This document shows, piece by piece, positions 58,643-60,777 of a stretch of DNA of 60,777 bases (position 1 is its first letter; each line of letters starts with the position of its first letter). Under the pieces are notes generated by a model. It did no database searches and was not told the DNA's origin. It saw only the letters and a program-made list of their open reading frames with translations. Made by a program: the position numbers and the translations under genes. This DNA comes from a virus. The stretch lies in IMG/VR virus record IMGVR_UViG_3300045988_022004, one strand, 5' to 3'.

Positions 58643-60385
58643 CTATTCAAATGCGTCTTTGTTTACTTTATAAGCAACAAATGCATCCATCAATGCTGAT
58701 ACATTATCGATTTTGTCTTCGTAACGTTTCTTATACAGCTTTCTGTTTCCGTTTGTATCTTCCAATGTTATACAATGACCCATACAGAAACTCATCAAAG
58801 ATTCGTCGAATATCAACATTCTCATTTCTGATAATTTCTTAATTTCTCCGAGAGGAACTGTTTCAGTTCTAACACCCTGCGGAACTTTCTCAATACCAAA
58901 TGATCCATTCTCCTGAGCCCATCTTTCAATAAACTCTTTGGCATTATACGGATCGTATCCTAACGAGCAAACATCGTATTGTGAATCTATTATGAATTTG
59001 TCTAGATCTTCATATACGTCTTGCACATTAATGATACTTCCTTCCATAACAATAAGAGTACCTTCATCGATAAACTCTTGGTACTTTTGTCTCATTGCTA
59101 AGTTCAACTTACTAAGTGTAAGTGTAGTTATGTAACTTCTAACTTTAACGCCAAACATTCCATTTCGCAATGGGAATAAGAATGTAAATGCACAGAAGTC
59201 ATCACCTTGGGAAAGGTCTGCTCCCATCGAACACTGCATTTTCCAAAAGCTTCTGCGATGATGTGGAAGCGTTTCTTCGTATGAGAAGAAATATGTGTAT
59301 CCCTCCATAGGAATTCCGAAACGTTTTGCCAGAATATCATTTCTTGTAGCAGGTGCTTTCTCAGCTCGTTCAACATCTTGCTGGATTGTCTCATAGCTGA
59401 CTGTGATCGGTAGGTTAGGATTAGCCTTAGGCCACATGTCCGGGTCTCCAACTTCATCCACGCTGTCAAGCCTGTAATACCAAATACTAGTGTGCCAGTT
59501 CTGGTATTCACCTTTGAGAATATCCATCAGTTCCATTTTGATGGCATCTCCACATCCATTACGGACGGTACCTTCCGAACTTACAGCTAAGATTACATAT
59601 CCATCTATTTTGGCTGCACCCTGCTCAATAGCACCAATTGGATCTTCTCTCAATTCACCTGAGAGCCACTCATCAACTGTTGCTACCTTTACTCGTAATC
59701 CCTGAAGCTTATTAATACTCAGGGGTCTTATCTCTAGTAACGAATCTGTAAGAAAGTTCTGTATACCCTTTTTGGTACATGCAAGCTTAACGCGGTTCGC
59801 TTTGGAACCGGTAGTATTTTGAATAGAGCCTTCTGTCAAGAATTTGAACATAGGTCCTCTCGATCTTGCTATGGCAGTGCTAATTGCACTTGTAACCTCT
59901 TCGGCCTGTTTCATTGTTGGGGCTGTTGTGATCTGATGTGTCGTTGTTGTATCGACTGTCAGAAAATAAGCTTGCACTAAACTCTCGTATAACGATTTTG
60001 CATTACTTCGAGAAATAATAAGATACTGTTTGTTGACAAGGCGCTTTTTGACTGATTTCCTTACGAAATGTCCGCCTCGTCCAGAAGCATTTGGTTCGTA
60101 TACGGTTTTCTCAACGTAATAGAACCAACCAAATAATTGCTCTCCCCAAAGTTTAAACGTATCCAACAGTTCCAAGTCGGACCCGTCGGTCAAGACCATT
60201 TCGGATTCACAGAAAGCAATCCAACCTTCTACAGCATTGTCATCATAGTATACACCGGGGTTAGCTATCAGCCAATCAATACGGTTCATCTCCATAGAGA
60301 TCTCCCTGTTAACAGGGATCTCGCCATTCAGAACTTTATCTCGGAACTCCCCGTAGTACCTAGGCGTTGCCGTATTGCTTAGCAT
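58643..60385 (-). CDS. terL: Terminase large subunit (Terminase_1-like).
   Basis: 580 aa. Contains ISRSNAKS, ATVDEW (Walker B-like), GADLSQGDDFCA, GYDPYNAKEF and KIDNVSALMDA. Confidence 0.85.
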   Translation of the reverse strand: MLSNTATPRYYGEFRDKVLNGEIPVNREISMEMNRIDWLIANPGVYYDDNAVEGWIAFCESEMVLTDGSDLELLDTFKLWGEQLFGWFYYVEKTVYEPNASGRGGHFVRKSVKKRLVNKQYLIISRSNAKSLYESLVQAYFLTVDTTTTHQITTAPTMKQAEEVTSAISTAIARSRGPMFKFLTEGSIQNTTGSKANRVKLACTKKGIQNFLTDSLLEIRPLSINKLQGLRVKVATVDEWLSGELREDPIGAIEQGAAKIDGYVILAVSSEGTVRNGCGDAIKMELMDILKGEYQNWHTSIWYYRLDSVDEVGDPDMWPKANPNLPITVSYETIQQDVERAEKAPATRNDILAKRFGIPMEGYTYFFSYEETLPHHRRSFWKMQCSMGADLSQGDDFCAFTFLFPLRNGMFGVKVRSYITTLTLSKLNLAMRQKYQEFIDEGTLIVMEGSIINVQDVYEDLDKFIIDSQYDVCSLGYDPYNAKEFIERWAQENGSFGIEKVPQGVRTETVPLGEIKKLSEMRMLIFDESLMSFCMGHCITLEDTNGNRKLYKKRYEDKIDNVSALMDAFVAYKVNKDAFE

Positions 60386-60394
60386 TTACATCAC

Positions 60395-60688
60395 CTACTT
60401 CTTTTTCTTTTTCGTGCTCTTTGTTTCAGCTTTAACTGCTTCATTGATCATCTTCTGAGCGGCAGCATTGAGTTTACCCTTGATATAAACTTTTCCTTGT
60501 TCTTTTACAACTTCTGTAACTGCAGGAACAATAATATCTTTCATAGCTTTATCAACTAACTTCTTTGGCAACGGCTGCTTTTGTGGATGATTTTTAAGAT
60601 ATGTAGCTTCCATACTATCTCTAGTATTTATTCGTCTAAGCTCTTCATCGGATAAAGTTTTTACATATGCTTTTTCATTTCTGTATTT
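60395..60688 (-). CDS. 3' part (97 codons plus stop) of the junction-spanning HYG-motif gene.
   Basis: In frame with 273..1 across the closure point. Lys-rich C-terminus. Confidence 0.8.
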   Translation of the reverse strand, partial: KYRNEKAYVKTLSDEELRRINTRDSMEATYLKNHPQKQPLPKKLVDKAMKDIIVPAVTEVVKEQGKVYIKGKLNAAAQKMINEAVKAETKSTKKKKK

Positions 60689-60777
60689 GTTTTTTTGTTT
60701 CTTTTTCTCAAGCTGGACTGCTTTAGTTCTTTCTCTTCGTTTATAATTTTGTTTTTCAGCCCCACTCTTTTTAGAAA
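60689..60777. repeat. Second copy of the 89-bp closure repeat.
   Basis: Identical to 1-89. Confidence 0.95.

Noticed and set aside
1-60777. Stop-codon reassignment or an alternative genetic code.
   Set aside because: TAA, TAG (for example at 22164, 24428 and 24771) and TGA (for example at 13368 and 30008) all terminate well-supported genes at sensible boundaries. Long genes have no in-frame stops under code 11.

Overview
The window is a complete, closed genome of a tailed dsDNA phage: 60,688 unique bp plus an 89-bp closure repeat (1-89 = 60689-60777). One gene reads in frame across the junction. The DNA is AT-rich and uses GGAGG-type ribosome-binding sites, so the host is probably a low-GC Gram-positive (Firmicutes-like) bacterium; this is inference. 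Every credible gene lies on the minus strand, so transcription runs from high to low coordinates and wraps around the circle.

Layout in the direction of transcription:
1. Packaging and morphogenesis, about 1.4 kb through the junction to 49.7 kb: candidate small terminase, HNH endonuclease, TerL, portal, prohead protease-major capsid fusion, connectors, a major tail protein with a -1 frameshift extension, chaperones, and a CHAP/SH3 lysin.
2. Tail tip, 49.7-36.4 kb: a 2931-aa tape measure protein, Dit, Tal and a receptor-binding fibre.
3. An unusual ten-gene block, 36.3-31.0 kb, followed by two lysis-type membrane genes including the holin (31.0-30.4 kb). It contains a hyper-cysteine repeat protein, a radical-SAM/SPASM enzyme, a Cys-tailed Q/N-rich protein, a BclA/C1q-like domain and an HExxH peptidase.
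4. An early-type region, 30.4-22.1 kb, built from very small genes. Each is framed by a repeated terminator hairpin plus promoter cassette.
5. A middle region, 22.1-11.5 kb, rich in paralogous gene families.
6. A replication and transcription module, 11.4-1.8 kb: an SF3 helicase-AEP primase-family B polymerase fusion, SSB-like protein, SF2 helicase, VRR-NUC, a PD-(D/E)xK nuclease, and an 899-aa protein with a DxDGD double-psi beta-barrel RNA-polymerase signature.

No integrase, repressor, canonical tRNA, CRISPR array or reverse transcriptase was recognised.

Best candidates for new biology:
- The radical-SAM plus hyper-Cys fibre-associated module.
- The YonO/RdRP-like polymerase, which shares an N-terminal HYGxPRxSGRYxxGSG motif with two virion-module proteins.
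- A non-canonical promoter consensus, TCGCAA-N13-TATAAT, repeated at least 16 times.

All functional calls come from motif reading by eye, not from database searches.
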